The notes beneath the pieces were generated by a model that worked only from the letters and a program-made list of their open reading frames with translations, did no database searches and was not told the DNA's origin. A DNA stretch of 64,000 bases from Candidatus Latescibacterota bacterium (lineage in GTDB: Bacteria; Latescibacterota; UBA2968; UBA8231): NCBI GenBank assembly GCA_965203175.1, contig OZ241867.1, forward strand, positions 768,001-832,000. The letters are read 5' to 3'. This document shows, piece by piece, positions 10,376-20,074 of the stretch. The first letter of the stretch is position 1. Every line of letters begins with the position of its first letter. The position numbers were made by a program, and so were the translations under genes.

Positions 10376-11179
10376 TTAACCAACCAATAGCTGCAGCGCG
10401 GTTTCCACGTTCAACATCGCCGCGTCTTCCTCCCGTTCCAAAAACGGACGCACATCGGCCGCCACCTGATCCCACTCCAGCACCCGTAGCCGGCTGCCGA
10501 CCACTTCCCGCCAAGTCCGCTCCGTTAGTGCCTCGCCAGGCCACTGCGTCTGCTGCAACGCCGCATTGAGTAGAGATAGATTGGGCGCAGGCCACGTCCG
10601 GTCACTCAAGTACCATATCAAGTCGTATAGATCCCGCCCTTTGGTATAAGGGCGCTGTAGGATCGCATGTAGTTTGCCGGCTAGCAGGGAAGCTCGGTCG
10701 TGATGCTGGAGCCGCAGTGTCACGTGTCGGCGCACCAAACGGGTCTCCAGCACGACACCAGTTGGCGGGTTCGTATCGACCTCGATGCGCACGGAGAGAA
10801 TTGCGTCTTGATGCGGAGAAAGACCGGCCTCGTACAGCAGGCCCTTGAAGCGCACGAACGCGCGGTGGACGGTCTGCCGGTCGTTTAAGCCGAGCCCGAC
10901 TTCGTACCCCTCGCGAGCAAATTCTGCGCGAATGGCTGTTAAATAAGCGCGCAAATCGTAGAGAGCCGGATCGCCTTCGAGCGTAAAGTCGAGGTCTTCG
11001 GAGTAGCGCGGTAGCGCAAAGAGAAAGCGCAGGCTAGTGCCCCCCTGAAACGCCAGCGGCACCATCGCCCCCGCGCGCTGTAAAGCATCCAAGATGCGGG
11101 CTTGCAAGTATTCGCGCAGGATGTTGCGCCCCTGCAAGGAATCCGCCGCCTGCACGAGTTGAAACAGGTGATACTTCAT
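10376..11179 (-). CDS. abiEii: AbiEii-family nucleotidyltransferase toxin (type IV TA)
   Basis: FQGGTSLR, RYSEDLDF, KLHAILQR..KGRDLYDL; ATGA overlap with antitoxin. Confidence 0.9.
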   Translation of the reverse strand: MKYHLFQLVQAADSLQGRNILREYLQARILDALQRAGAMVPLAFQGGTSLRFLFALPRYSEDLDFTLEGDPALYDLRAYLTAIRAEFAREGYEVGLGLNDRQTVHRAFVRFKGLLYEAGLSPHQDAILSVRIEVDTNPPTGVVLETRLVRRHVTLRLQHHDRASLLAGKLHAILQRPYTKGRDLYDLIWYLSDRTWPAPNLSLLNAALQQTQWPGEALTERTWREVVGSRLRVLEWDQVAADVRPFLEREEDAAMLNVETALQLLVG

Positions 11180-11814
11180 AGCTGCTCGTAGCCCAACGTC
11201 TCGTCTTGGGCTAGTGAGCGAATGCACCGCACGGCTCTCAGTAACTTGGGACGGGCGGCGATAGCAGCCAATCTATCCAGTTCCGCTAGGTCGAGGCTCC
11301 CCCAGTCGAGGCGCAGCTCATTGATATAGGCAGGTGCATCACCACTCGGCTGCAGATAGATCAGATCGAGCAGTGCCTTTTCTGGCGCAGCGACAAAAGC
11401 CAACTGGCCATGTGCCAACTCCACGTGTTGATAGCCGTAGAGCAGATCGGTCTTGAGGTGGCGAAAGGAAAAGCGACCTAGCGGCGTCTGGCGGAGCTGC
11501 GGACGTCCGGCCGTCACACTGGTCACTTCCGGCACGTACTCGGGAATCACACCAGCGTGGGCCAACGCCGACAGACCGCTGACATACGAGCCGCGCACCA
11601 GTCGATTGGCGACGAGGAAGGGATGGGGCGCGGTCTGGCGGTAGGGCGGCGCCAGCGCGTAGAGCCCGCGCCGTAGCTGGTGCAGTCGTCCAGCTTGGGT
11701 CCAGCGCACGAGCTGCCGCCGCATATCGCTTGGATTTACGGACCCAGCCAAGAGCAGGCCGGTTTCAAATACCGGCTCATCGGCCACAATGGCGAGCAAT
11801 TGATCGAATTTCAT
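11176..11814 (-). CDS. abiEi: AbiEi-family antitoxin / wHTH regulator (type IV TA)
   Basis: LRRGLY, SYVSGLSAL, PEKALLDLIY motifs; directly upstream of abiEii. Confidence 0.85.
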   Translation of the reverse strand: MKFDQLLAIVADEPVFETGLLLAGSVNPSDMRRQLVRWTQAGRLHQLRRGLYALAPPYRQTAPHPFLVANRLVRGSYVSGLSALAHAGVIPEYVPEVTSVTAGRPQLRQTPLGRFSFRHLKTDLLYGYQHVELAHGQLAFVAAPEKALLDLIYLQPSGDAPAYINELRLDWGSLDLAELDRLAAIAARPKLLRAVRCIRSLAQDETLGYEQL

Positions 11815-11816
11815 AA

Positions 11817-11846
11817 CAATAAATTACCTTTAATGGCAATTTATTG
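11817..11846 (-). promoter_or_regulatory. Inverted-repeat operator upstream of abiEi
   Basis: CAATAAATTACC-N6-GGCAATTTATTG (1 mismatch) immediately 5' of the start codon; AbiEi proteins are known to autoregulate at promoter inverted repeats. Confidence 0.55.
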
Positions 11847-11867
11847 CAATAAAACATGCTTTTGTCG

Positions 11868-14198
11868 TCACTCCTCCGGCGGCACCAAGCGCTGCGTCGT
11901 CTCCGCCCGGTCGCGTATCTCCTGCCAATCCCACAACTGAGGTATGAATTCCACATCGGCCCAAAGCTGGGCTTGGTCGGCGTAGTGCGGGCTAGCCGGG
12001 TGGCCGGAGGCCCCCAGCGGCGCGATCCAGCGCGAGCGGGTCCAGTCGGAGGGATCGAAGATATAGCGGTTGACCGAAAGACCCGTAACTGTGAAGTCGT
12101 CGAAGGCGTAGCTGCCGGCTAGGGGCGTATCGCCATCGCCGTGGACGGAGAGCGAAGGGGGGTCGAGAAAGGAAGCGGCCTCGGGAAAAACCACAGAGAA
12201 TGGGTGCTGAGGTCGGGTGCAGTGCAATCGGCCCCAACTCCATTGGCTCATGTCGTCGCCAAGAGCCTCTTTGAGAGCAGCGAGCGCGCCGGTCAAGGCC
12301 CCGGTCAGAGCCTGGGACCAAGTTTGACCGGACGGTAGCAGTGCCGTATCGCCGCGCTCAATAGCGAGAGTCGCTTCGAGGGTGATGAGACGCCAGTGGG
12401 CGTCGCCGCCAGCCTCTGCGAGCAAGGTCATGGCGTCGCCGCCAAATAGGTTCTGCGCGATGTGGTAGCCAAGTAGGGCGCGGGTTTGCGCATAGATCGT
12501 CGGCTGGACTTGGTCGCGGTCCATCCGGCAGTCCCACTGGCGCAGCAAATCGAGAGCTTGGGCGCAGTCGGCGTCGGGCGGATCGATGGCGAGCAAGGCC
12601 CGCGTAAAGACCTGGGCCGGCAGCGAGACGCATTCGGCGTGGATGCGGCCCATCGCCTCGGGCGTGGCCGTGCCCTTTGCCAGTTCGAGAATGCGGGTCT
12701 GGATGCGGCGGGCGCGGTAGTCGGGGCTAAAGACGAGCCCGACGTAGTAGGGATAATCCGGGCCGGTCACGCGCTGGTTGCAGGTGATGGCATAGCCCGT
12801 TGCGGGGTCTATGGCCTTGGGCAACTCGGCGTGGGGGATGTAGCCCTGCCACTCGTGCTCGCCGCTCCAGCCGGGAACGGCGCGCCAGCCGTTTGCAGCC
12901 TCGCGCACCGGGATCCGGCCCTCGTGCAGATAACCGAAGCAGCCGTGGACATCGGCGACGGCGTAGTTGTTGACGCGGTCGTTCCAGCGGGCGAAAGCTT
13001 GGTGCAAGTCCTCGACCGAGCGGGCGCGCATGGCATCGCGGGCCGCGTCGGCCCAAGGAGTACCTTCGATGAGGCCGGGGTCGCTGATGGCGATGGCCTG
13101 ACCTTTGCGCGGGTCTCCAGCGATGATAGGTCCGTGGTGGGTAATGACGACCTCAGCGGTAACGGATGCCGCGCCGCGGACGTGGATTTCTTCCCGCAGG
13201 ATTTCCGCTGGCCGCCACGCGCCGCTGAATTCGTACTCCAAGCCATCGGCCGTTTCGCGAAAGCGCTCGACGAACAGATCTTGGGTATCTGCACTGCCGT
13301 AGGTCATGCCCCAAGCCACGTACTCGTTGTGGCAAAAGTGCAGGGTGCCGGGGACGCCGGGCACAGAATAGCCGCTGACGGCGAAGTCGGGGCAGGCGAT
13401 ATGGACTTGGTAATAGACGGAAGGAGTGTCGAGGCCGCGGTGTGAGTCGCCGGCCACCAGCGGCAAGCCCGAATCCGTGTACTCTCCCGCGATGGACCAC
13501 GCATTGGAGCCGGGGTCGGTCTCGCGGCTGAGGGCCGTGAGGCCGTCGAGAGGTTCTCCCTGGTACTCAGCGCCGGGAGGCACGGTGAGCAGGTGGCCTT
13601 GGGGATAGCCTTTGATTAACTGAGCAAGGTTCGCGGCCACAATACTGTAGCCGGACTGCTCAGGGCCGACGACTTGGGCCAGACGAGTGCGCCAGAGCTT
13701 GGATTCAAAGGTGCCGAGCAGGCTGTTGCGCATCTTGTACACAGCGAGGCAGTGCCAGCTTTCCCACGGCTCGGGGCGCTGGCCGAGGAGTTGGTACTCA
13801 ACAGGCAGGGCCGTTGTCGTCGCCAAAAAGGCGTTGACGCCAGCGGCGTACGCGTCGAGCATGGCGCGAGCTTGGGGACTGGACGCTTCGTAGTCCAACT
13901 TGGCGGTGCGGCCCATGCCCGCGGCGCGCAAAAGGCGGTCGCGGTCCAGTCCTGCAGGGCCAGCCCATTCAGACCAGCGGCCCAAAGCCTGATGGCGATC
14001 GAAGTCCATATGCCACAGGCGGTCTTGAGCCGTGGCAAAGCCCTGAGCGAAGAACATATCGGCTTCGCCTTCAGCTTGGATATGGGGGATTCCCCAAGGA
14101 TCGCGGTGGATGGTGACGGTATTTTCAAGGCCCTCGCAACACTGGGTGCTTTCGAGGTCGGGAAGGGCGGCTTGAAGGTCTTCGGCACTGATAGGCAT
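11868..14198 (-). CDS. Penicillin acylase family Ntn-hydrolase (peptidase S45; possible AHL acylase)
   Basis: RDPWGIPHI, AQDRLWHMD, GSNAW nucleophile site, GASGHPASPHYADQ. Confidence 0.92.
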   Translation of the reverse strand: MPISAEDLQAALPDLESTQCCEGLENTVTIHRDPWGIPHIQAEGEADMFFAQGFATAQDRLWHMDFDRHQALGRWSEWAGPAGLDRDRLLRAAGMGRTAKLDYEASSPQARAMLDAYAAGVNAFLATTTALPVEYQLLGQRPEPWESWHCLAVYKMRNSLLGTFESKLWRTRLAQVVGPEQSGYSIVAANLAQLIKGYPQGHLLTVPPGAEYQGEPLDGLTALSRETDPGSNAWSIAGEYTDSGLPLVAGDSHRGLDTPSVYYQVHIACPDFAVSGYSVPGVPGTLHFCHNEYVAWGMTYGSADTQDLFVERFRETADGLEYEFSGAWRPAEILREEIHVRGAASVTAEVVITHHGPIIAGDPRKGQAIAISDPGLIEGTPWADAARDAMRARSVEDLHQAFARWNDRVNNYAVADVHGCFGYLHEGRIPVREAANGWRAVPGWSGEHEWQGYIPHAELPKAIDPATGYAITCNQRVTGPDYPYYVGLVFSPDYRARRIQTRILELAKGTATPEAMGRIHAECVSLPAQVFTRALLAIDPPDADCAQALDLLRQWDCRMDRDQVQPTIYAQTRALLGYHIAQNLFGGDAMTLLAEAGGDAHWRLITLEATLAIERGDTALLPSGQTWSQALTGALTGALAALKEALGDDMSQWSWGRLHCTRPQHPFSVVFPEAASFLDPPSLSVHGDGDTPLAGSYAFDDFTVTGLSVNRYIFDPSDWTRSRWIAPLGASGHPASPHYADQAQLWADVEFIPQLWDWQEIRDRAETTQRLVPPEE

Positions 14199-14395
14199 TG
14201 CGTTCCTCTTGCGTTATTGGTTTAGAGTATTCTGCAAGGCAAATGCGTTTGCCGCAACATGTATATTGATACGTTTTAGAATTGGCAGTCGCTTCCCAGA
14301 CATCTATCATCATAACTCATAGTCGGCTGAAGAGAAACGACTCGGTCCTCCTTTTTTTATTGCCATTGTTCAGGCTCGCGTTCAGCCTCTAGAAC

Positions 14396-16492
14396 ATGGC
14401 ACTTTTCATCCTCTTCAGGGTCCGAGGCGGCGCAGTTTTGCGTCTATGTCGCCTGCCTCTCGCTCACGCGGCTTCATTCTGGCTTCTCCTACTCATTGCA
14501 GCCGTCCCGACGCGTGCTGAATCACCGGACGACTCCACGCGCGCTGTAACGGCCTTGCGCGTCGATCAGCCGCCGCAGATTGACGGTCATCTCTCCGAGC
14601 CTGATTGGCAGAAGGCCGAGGTAGCCGGGAACTTCTTCCGCGCTCAGCAAAATCGCGGCATGCCCGCACGACTGCGCACGGAGGCATTCGTTCTCTACGA
14701 TGCGGTGGCGATCTATGTCGGCTTCCGCTGTTGGGAGCCGGATATGACCGGACTCCGCGAAACCCTGACGCGCCGCGACACGCGGATTTGGGACGACGCC
14801 GTCGAAGTCATTTTCGATACCTACCACGACGACCGCAATGCCTACATCTTCGGCATCAACACGCTCGCAACGCAGATGGATCAGCGCGTCAGCAACGAGA
14901 GTTCCTTCACCTTTGCCTGGGACGCCTCGTGGGAGGCAGAGGTACAGAAGTACGCAGACCACTGGACCGCTGAATTTGCCATACCGTTGGCCGAACTGCA
15001 GTACGATAAAGAGGGCACCACGTGGGGTGTGAACTTCTGGCGGGCGCACCCCATCGATCAGGAATCCTATTCTTGGTCCGACACAGGCGGTGACTTTGGC
15101 CGCATCTCCGAATTCGGTGAGCTGCGAGGGCTTCAGCTAACCACGGTCACAACAGAGACCGTCCGCCTAGCTTTTCTGCCCTACGCCAGCTACCGCGCCC
15201 TCGAAGATCGCCCCGACGACGGAGATGCTGGCATCGATTTAATCTACCAGCCGTCGGCCAGCCTGATCGGCAACCTGACAGTGTTTCCCGATTTCTCACA
15301 GCTAGAGAGCGACCCAACGCTGATCAACGTCAACGACGAACGCGAGCTGTCTTTGCCCGAACGCCGGCCATTCTTTCGCGATGGAGCAGAACTTTTCGAT
15401 CTGCCTCTGCGCCTGTTCTACACGCGCCGAGTGCAAGAAATCGATTTAGGCGTCAAGGGCACGGGAAAAATGGGCGGCTACACGTGGGCCGCTGTAAACA
15501 CGTACGGCAAGCTCATCGACCGCTACGACGGCAATGCCAAACGACGCGCCAACCTCGTCAACCTACGCCTCAACCGCGACATTGGCGAGCGCACCGTCAT
15601 CGGCGCCATGGCGGTCCACAAGCACCAGAGCGACCGCGATGTGGGCCTGCTGTCCCTCAACGGTCGCCTCGGTCTCGGGCGCGACTGGACCGCCACGAGC
15701 CAGTTCGTAGGCAACTCCACCGGCAGCAGCCCTCATTATGCCTATCACGTCTCGACCGAATGGCGCAACCAGTCGGGTCTGAGTGGTTTTGTCGAACTCG
15801 AAGAGATTCGCGACGGATTTCGGCCGAACGAAACCGGTCTGGAAGACGAGGCGTATCGCCGCGCACGGGGCAGCTTTACCTTCCTCAACGAGTATTCAGA
15901 AGGCAGCACACTCAATGCCCTCGTGCTGCGCGGCCGAGTGTTCCGGCAGACAGACGAGACGGGTCGTCTGCGCGAACAGTACGCCCAAGCTGAGGGGTCG
16001 TTCGATGTGGGCCGTTTCGATTTCTATTCGCTGGCCCGCGTCGGACAACTGCGGGAAGCCGGACGCCTCTGGAACACGCGATTTACTGGTGCCGACCTCG
16101 AATACACATCGACATGGGGTTTCGTCGGTATCTACAACCAGATCGGCAGCCGCCAAGGCATTTTCAACTGGTTTGTCAGCCTAGACGCCAACGCCAACCT
16201 TTTCAGCCGACTGACCATCAGCTTGGCTGCACACCGTTTCGACTGGCGCGACCGACGGGAAACGCTCGTCATGCGCACGACGACGAACTACCAGTTCACC
16301 CGCCACGTCGGTCTGCGGCTGTTCCACGAGCGCGTAATTGAGCAAACCGACGGCACCACTAAGGACAATTTCAACACGGTCTTCGACTATGAATTCACCC
16401 CCGAGAGTCACTTCTTTCTCGTCTTCGTGCGCGACCGCGACCGCACCAAAGCCGCTTTCAGCAAAATCGCCTATCTGTTCGGTGGAATCTGA
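14396..16492 (+). CDS. CBM9-like / DUF5916 domain exported protein
   Basis: PQIDGHLSEPDW, FDTYHD.RNAY.F, WTAEFAIP, PDFSQLESD, ERRPFF motifs; beta-strand-rich C-terminus; start may lie slightly downstream. Confidence 0.75.
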   Translation: MALFILFRVRGGAVLRLCRLPLAHAASFWLLLLIAAVPTRAESPDDSTRAVTALRVDQPPQIDGHLSEPDWQKAEVAGNFFRAQQNRGMPARLRTEAFVLYDAVAIYVGFRCWEPDMTGLRETLTRRDTRIWDDAVEVIFDTYHDDRNAYIFGINTLATQMDQRVSNESSFTFAWDASWEAEVQKYADHWTAEFAIPLAELQYDKEGTTWGVNFWRAHPIDQESYSWSDTGGDFGRISEFGELRGLQLTTVTTETVRLAFLPYASYRALEDRPDDGDAGIDLIYQPSASLIGNLTVFPDFSQLESDPTLINVNDERELSLPERRPFFRDGAELFDLPLRLFYTRRVQEIDLGVKGTGKMGGYTWAAVNTYGKLIDRYDGNAKRRANLVNLRLNRDIGERTVIGAMAVHKHQSDRDVGLLSLNGRLGLGRDWTATSQFVGNSTGSSPHYAYHVSTEWRNQSGLSGFVELEEIRDGFRPNETGLEDEAYRRARGSFTFLNEYSEGSTLNALVLRGRVFRQTDETGRLREQYAQAEGSFDVGRFDFYSLARVGQLREAGRLWNTRFTGADLEYTSTWGFVGIYNQIGSRQGIFNWFVSLDANANLFSRLTISLAAHRFDWRDRRETLVMRTTTNYQFTRHVGLRLFHERVIEQTDGTTKDNFNTVFDYEFTPESHFFLVFVRDRDRTKAAFSKIAYLFGGI

Positions 16493-16533
16493 AGGAAGAA
16501 ATCGCGCTGTATCCTAAGTCGCTGCCGGCCGCG

Positions 16534-17715
16534 TCAAGCCGGCCGATCGTGGATCGGCCCCGGATGGTCGCGGAGCGAGCCGCCTTGGCGGCCGGTGAGC
16601 GCGGCTTGGATTTCGCCGAGAATGGATAGGGCGATTTCCTCGGTCGTTTCAGCGCCAATGTCGAGTCCGACGGGGCTGAACAGGCGTGCGGCCTGCTCAG
16701 CGCTTGGCGCGACGCCTTCTTTCTGCAAATCGGCGAGCAGGCGCTGGGTGCGCTGATGTGGGCCGAGGACGCCCAAGTAGGCGAGGGGCGCGTCGATCAA
16801 GTCCCGCAACAGAGCTTGATCCTGTAGATAGTTGTGGCTCATGATGACGGCGCACGAGCGGTTGTCGAACTGCAGGTCCTCGGGCAGATGATCGGGCTGG
16901 GCGAGGAGGACTTGCCTAGCCCAAGGGAAGCGCTCGGCGCGGGCATAGGCGGGCCGGTGGTCGGCGACGGTGACGCGCCAACCGAGTTCGCTAGCTAACT
17001 GGGCTAGGGGCACGGCGTCGTAACCAGCGCCGAAGAGATAGAGGGCGATGGGTGGCAGCAAAGGCTCTATGAGCAGGGCGGCCTTGCCGTGCGTCAACTC
17101 GTAGTGGCGCGTGTATCCCGGGGCGATGGGCAGTCGGGTGTCGTCGAGTGTCGCGAGGATTCCACTAGCAGCGTTAAGCGCAATCTCGCGCAGCTCCAAA
17201 TCGGCGATGTCATCTCGGGCGTCTGCGGCCCCCATGCGGAGGCCGGACTGCTCCCGCTCGTCGAGGATCAGATGTTGGCCCGGCGCGGCATTCGTTGCGC
17301 CCTCGGTAGCAAAGACCGTGACGAGGACGCCGTGCCGATTCTCCAGGGCGCAGCCGTGCAAAAAGGTCGGATAATGAAACGGCGCATCTTGGGGCAGGCG
17401 CTCTAAGAGCACATCCACCGTGCCACTACAACCCAGACCAGTACCCCAGAGAATGTCGTCCTCAGAAGTGGCGTCGTAGTGCAGGAGGCGAGGTTGACCG
17501 TCGGCGAAGACAGCTTGCGCGTTTTCGCGCACATCGCCTTCGAGGCAGCCGCCGCTGATGGTGCCCAAGCTCTGAAGATCGGCTTCAATGAGCATGCGGG
17601 TGCCCGGGCCGCGATAGACCGAGCCAGAGGTCTGGACCACAGTGGCTAGAACATAAGACTCACCCGCCTCGTCGAGCACCCGGGCGCGACGGAGAATCGT
17701 CTGCAAGTCTTTCAC
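16534..17715 (-). CDS. xdhC: XdhC/CoxI family Moco chaperone
   Basis: GSVYRGPG, GTISGGCLE, LGCSG, FGAG, MSHNY, PVGLDIGAET.EEIALSI. Confidence 0.9.
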   Translation of the reverse strand: MKDLQTILRRARVLDEAGESYVLATVVQTSGSVYRGPGTRMLIEADLQSLGTISGGCLEGDVRENAQAVFADGQPRLLHYDATSEDDILWGTGLGCSGTVDVLLERLPQDAPFHYPTFLHGCALENRHGVLVTVFATEGATNAAPGQHLILDEREQSGLRMGAADARDDIADLELREIALNAASGILATLDDTRLPIAPGYTRHYELTHGKAALLIEPLLPPIALYLFGAGYDAVPLAQLASELGWRVTVADHRPAYARAERFPWARQVLLAQPDHLPEDLQFDNRSCAVIMSHNYLQDQALLRDLIDAPLAYLGVLGPHQRTQRLLADLQKEGVAPSAEQAARLFSPVGLDIGAETTEEIALSILGEIQAALTGRQGGSLRDHPGPIHDRPA

Positions 17716-18989
17716 GGCTCAACTCCAAAGCGCCGGTACCAATCAGCCCTCGTCGGTGCGGCGGGCAGGGCTTTCGTCGGCGCAGGTGGCTCAGGCCGTC
17801 GGCGCAGGTATTGCGCAGCCGTCGCACCGCGCAGCGTCATCAGGTATCCAACGAGCGCCTTGAGACTGTCGATATTGTGGGCTGGGGCAAAGAGGTCGAT
17901 GTACGGCAAGGCGGCCTGCATCCCGCGCGTGGCGGGCCGATAATCCGGGCTGCCCAGCAAAGGGTTGAGCCAGATGAGGCAGCGGCTGCGGCGCTGCAAC
18001 GCGTGCATACTTTCTTCGAGGATCTCAATATCGCCGGTGTCCCAGCCGTCGCTGACGATCAGCAGTGCGGTCTGGTGATCAACGAGATCGGCGTGTTCGC
18101 TGAGAAAAGTCTCCAGCGCGGCCCCAATGCGCGTGCCGCCCGACCAGTCCGGCACCTGCGCGGCAATCGCATCCAAACCCGCGCTTAGGTCGTTGCCCCT
18201 CAGCAGGGGCGCGACGTGGTGTAGCGAGGTCGCAAACACAAACGTCTCGATGCGGCGATAGGCGTTTTGGAAGGCGTACATGAACTGGATCAAAAAGCGG
18301 CTGTACAGATCCATGGACTTGCTGACATCGCACAGCAAGACCAGCTTGGGCTTCTGGCGGGTGCGGCGGCAATAAGAAAGATCCAACAACTCGCCGCCTC
18401 GGCGCAGGCTGGAACGAAGGGTGCGCCGCAAGTCGAGGCGGCCCGGCGGACGCGCGGGCCGATAGCGGCGGCTGAAGCGCGTGGCGAGCGCGCGGGCAAT
18501 GGCTTGCAGCAACCGCCCGATTTCCTCCAGCTCTTCGGCGTTAAAGTCCTTAAAGTCGCGCTTTGTATGGACCTCAATGGGGCTGTATCCAGCGGCCTCG
18601 CGCTCCTCTTCGGTCGGCTCGCCCTGTTTGAGCCAATCGCGAACGCTCGTCAAACCATTCTTACCGGGACGGCTGGCACTATCCTTTTCAGAGGCAGAGG
18701 GCTCGGGCTGGGGCTGACCCAACTCGCCGGCGCGATCCCATACGGACCAATAAATATCAAAAAGCGCGTCGAACAGCTTCTGCTCGGCGGGCGTCTTGGC
18801 CAAAACCGTCCGCAGGCTTAGCCGGAAGTCCTCTGGGTCTGACAGGTCAATAGCTGCCAGGGCGCGGAGCGCGTCTTGCTCCTCGCCCAAGGCCACGCCG
18901 GCACGCTGGGCGCGCAACAGGCGACAGAAACCGACCACATTCGCGCTCAACGCGCCGTGCAATGCGATGTCGTCGATCTTGTGGTTCAT
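17712..18989 (-). CDS. coxE: CoxE-like VWA domain protein
   Basis: LCDVSKSMDLY, WSGGTRIG, IVSDGWD, WLNPL motifs. Confidence 0.88.
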   Translation of the reverse strand: MNHKIDDIALHGALSANVVGFCRLLRAQRAGVALGEEQDALRALAAIDLSDPEDFRLSLRTVLAKTPAEQKLFDALFDIYWSVWDRAGELGQPQPEPSASEKDSASRPGKNGLTSVRDWLKQGEPTEEEREAAGYSPIEVHTKRDFKDFNAEELEEIGRLLQAIARALATRFSRRYRPARPPGRLDLRRTLRSSLRRGGELLDLSYCRRTRQKPKLVLLCDVSKSMDLYSRFLIQFMYAFQNAYRRIETFVFATSLHHVAPLLRGNDLSAGLDAIAAQVPDWSGGTRIGAALETFLSEHADLVDHQTALLIVSDGWDTGDIEILEESMHALQRRSRCLIWLNPLLGSPDYRPATRGMQAALPYIDLFAPAHNIDSLKALVGYLMTLRGATAAQYLRRRPEPPAPTKALPAAPTRADWYRRFGVEP

Positions 18990-19882
18990 CGTTCCGGAGC
19001 CAGCTTGGCGCGGACCCCCAATCCTTCTAAGAACTCGGCCAGCGATTGCTTCACCTGCGCCACGTCGCGTTGGTCCTTGAACACAATGCCCAAGGTATCC
19101 GCCACGACCTCGAGGTCGAGGTGGTGCTGGTGCAGGGCGACGAGGGCCTTGGCCCAGTCGAGGGTTTCGGCGACGCCGGGGACCTTTTCGAGGCGCTGCA
19201 TGCGGATCTTTTCCATGAAGCGGCAGATCTGTTCGGCGAGCTGGATGTCGATCCCATTCACCTTGCGGCGCACGATCTCCACTTCCTTGTCAAATTCCGG
19301 GTAGTCGATCCACAAGTAGAAGCAGCGGCGGCGCACGGCATCGGAAAGCTCGCGGGTGCGATTGCTAGTCAGGATTACGTGCGGCCGCGCCGCCGCGCTG
19401 ATGGTGCCGATTTCGGGGATGGTAATCTGCCAGTCGGACAGCACTTCGAGGAGAAAGCTCTCAAATTCCTCGTCGGCCCGGTCGAGTTCGTCGATCAGCA
19501 GCACCGGCGGGACGGGCTGGGTGATGGCTTGGAGCAAGGGGCGCTTGAGCAGGAAGTCCTCGGAAAAGAGGTCGGCCTCGCGCTCGGCTAGGGGGCGTTG
19601 GCTCTTCTCGTCGAGCTTGATGTGCAAAAGCTGGCGCTGGTAGTTCCACTCGTACAGCGCGGCGTGGGCATCTAGCCCCTCGTAGCACTGCAAGCGGATC
19701 AACTCGGTGTCGAGGGCGCGGGCTACGACCTTGGCGACCTCGGTTTTGCCGACGCCAGCCGGCCCCTCGATGAGCAAGGGACGCTCCAAGGTCTGAGCAA
19801 GGTACACGGACATGACAACTTGGCGATCGGCGACATACCCGTGCTCGGCGAGCATCTCTTGGATCGCGTCAGTGGTACTCAT
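18986..19882 (-). CDS. coxD: CoxD-like MoxR AAA+ ATPase
   Basis: EGPAGVGKT, RLQCYEGLD, LIDELDRADEEFE, PGVAETLDW. Confidence 0.9.
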   Translation of the reverse strand: MSTTDAIQEMLAEHGYVADRQVVMSVYLAQTLERPLLIEGPAGVGKTEVAKVVARALDTELIRLQCYEGLDAHAALYEWNYQRQLLHIKLDEKSQRPLAEREADLFSEDFLLKRPLLQAITQPVPPVLLIDELDRADEEFESFLLEVLSDWQITIPEIGTISAAARPHVILTSNRTRELSDAVRRRCFYLWIDYPEFDKEVEIVRRKVNGIDIQLAEQICRFMEKIRMQRLEKVPGVAETLDWAKALVALHQHHLDLEVVADTLGIVFKDQRDVAQVKQSLAEFLEGLGVRAKLAPER

Positions 19883-20074
19883 TAAACCTCTCTCGTTGCG
19901 CAGTATAGTGTCCTATTCGCCGCCTGCAACGCTTATCACAGGCGGGTCAAGTCCCTTAATATCACGCGCCGACTTCCGTACAGCAAGAACGCGCCCGCCG
20001 CGCCTGACATTGCCCACCGCTAGGGATTCTCTATATTCTCAAGTCTCTTTAACTCCGTCTGTGGATGCCTTTGT

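Noticed and set aside
14321-14360. Hammerhead-like CTGAAGA-GAAAC core within an AGTCG/CGACT hairpin
   Set aside because: No stem II and no properly placed cleavage triplet or stem I; likely chance or a weak terminator.
19890-20074. Moco riboswitch upstream of moaA
   Set aside because: No recognisable multi-stem Moco motif; the region looks like a plain divergent promoter.
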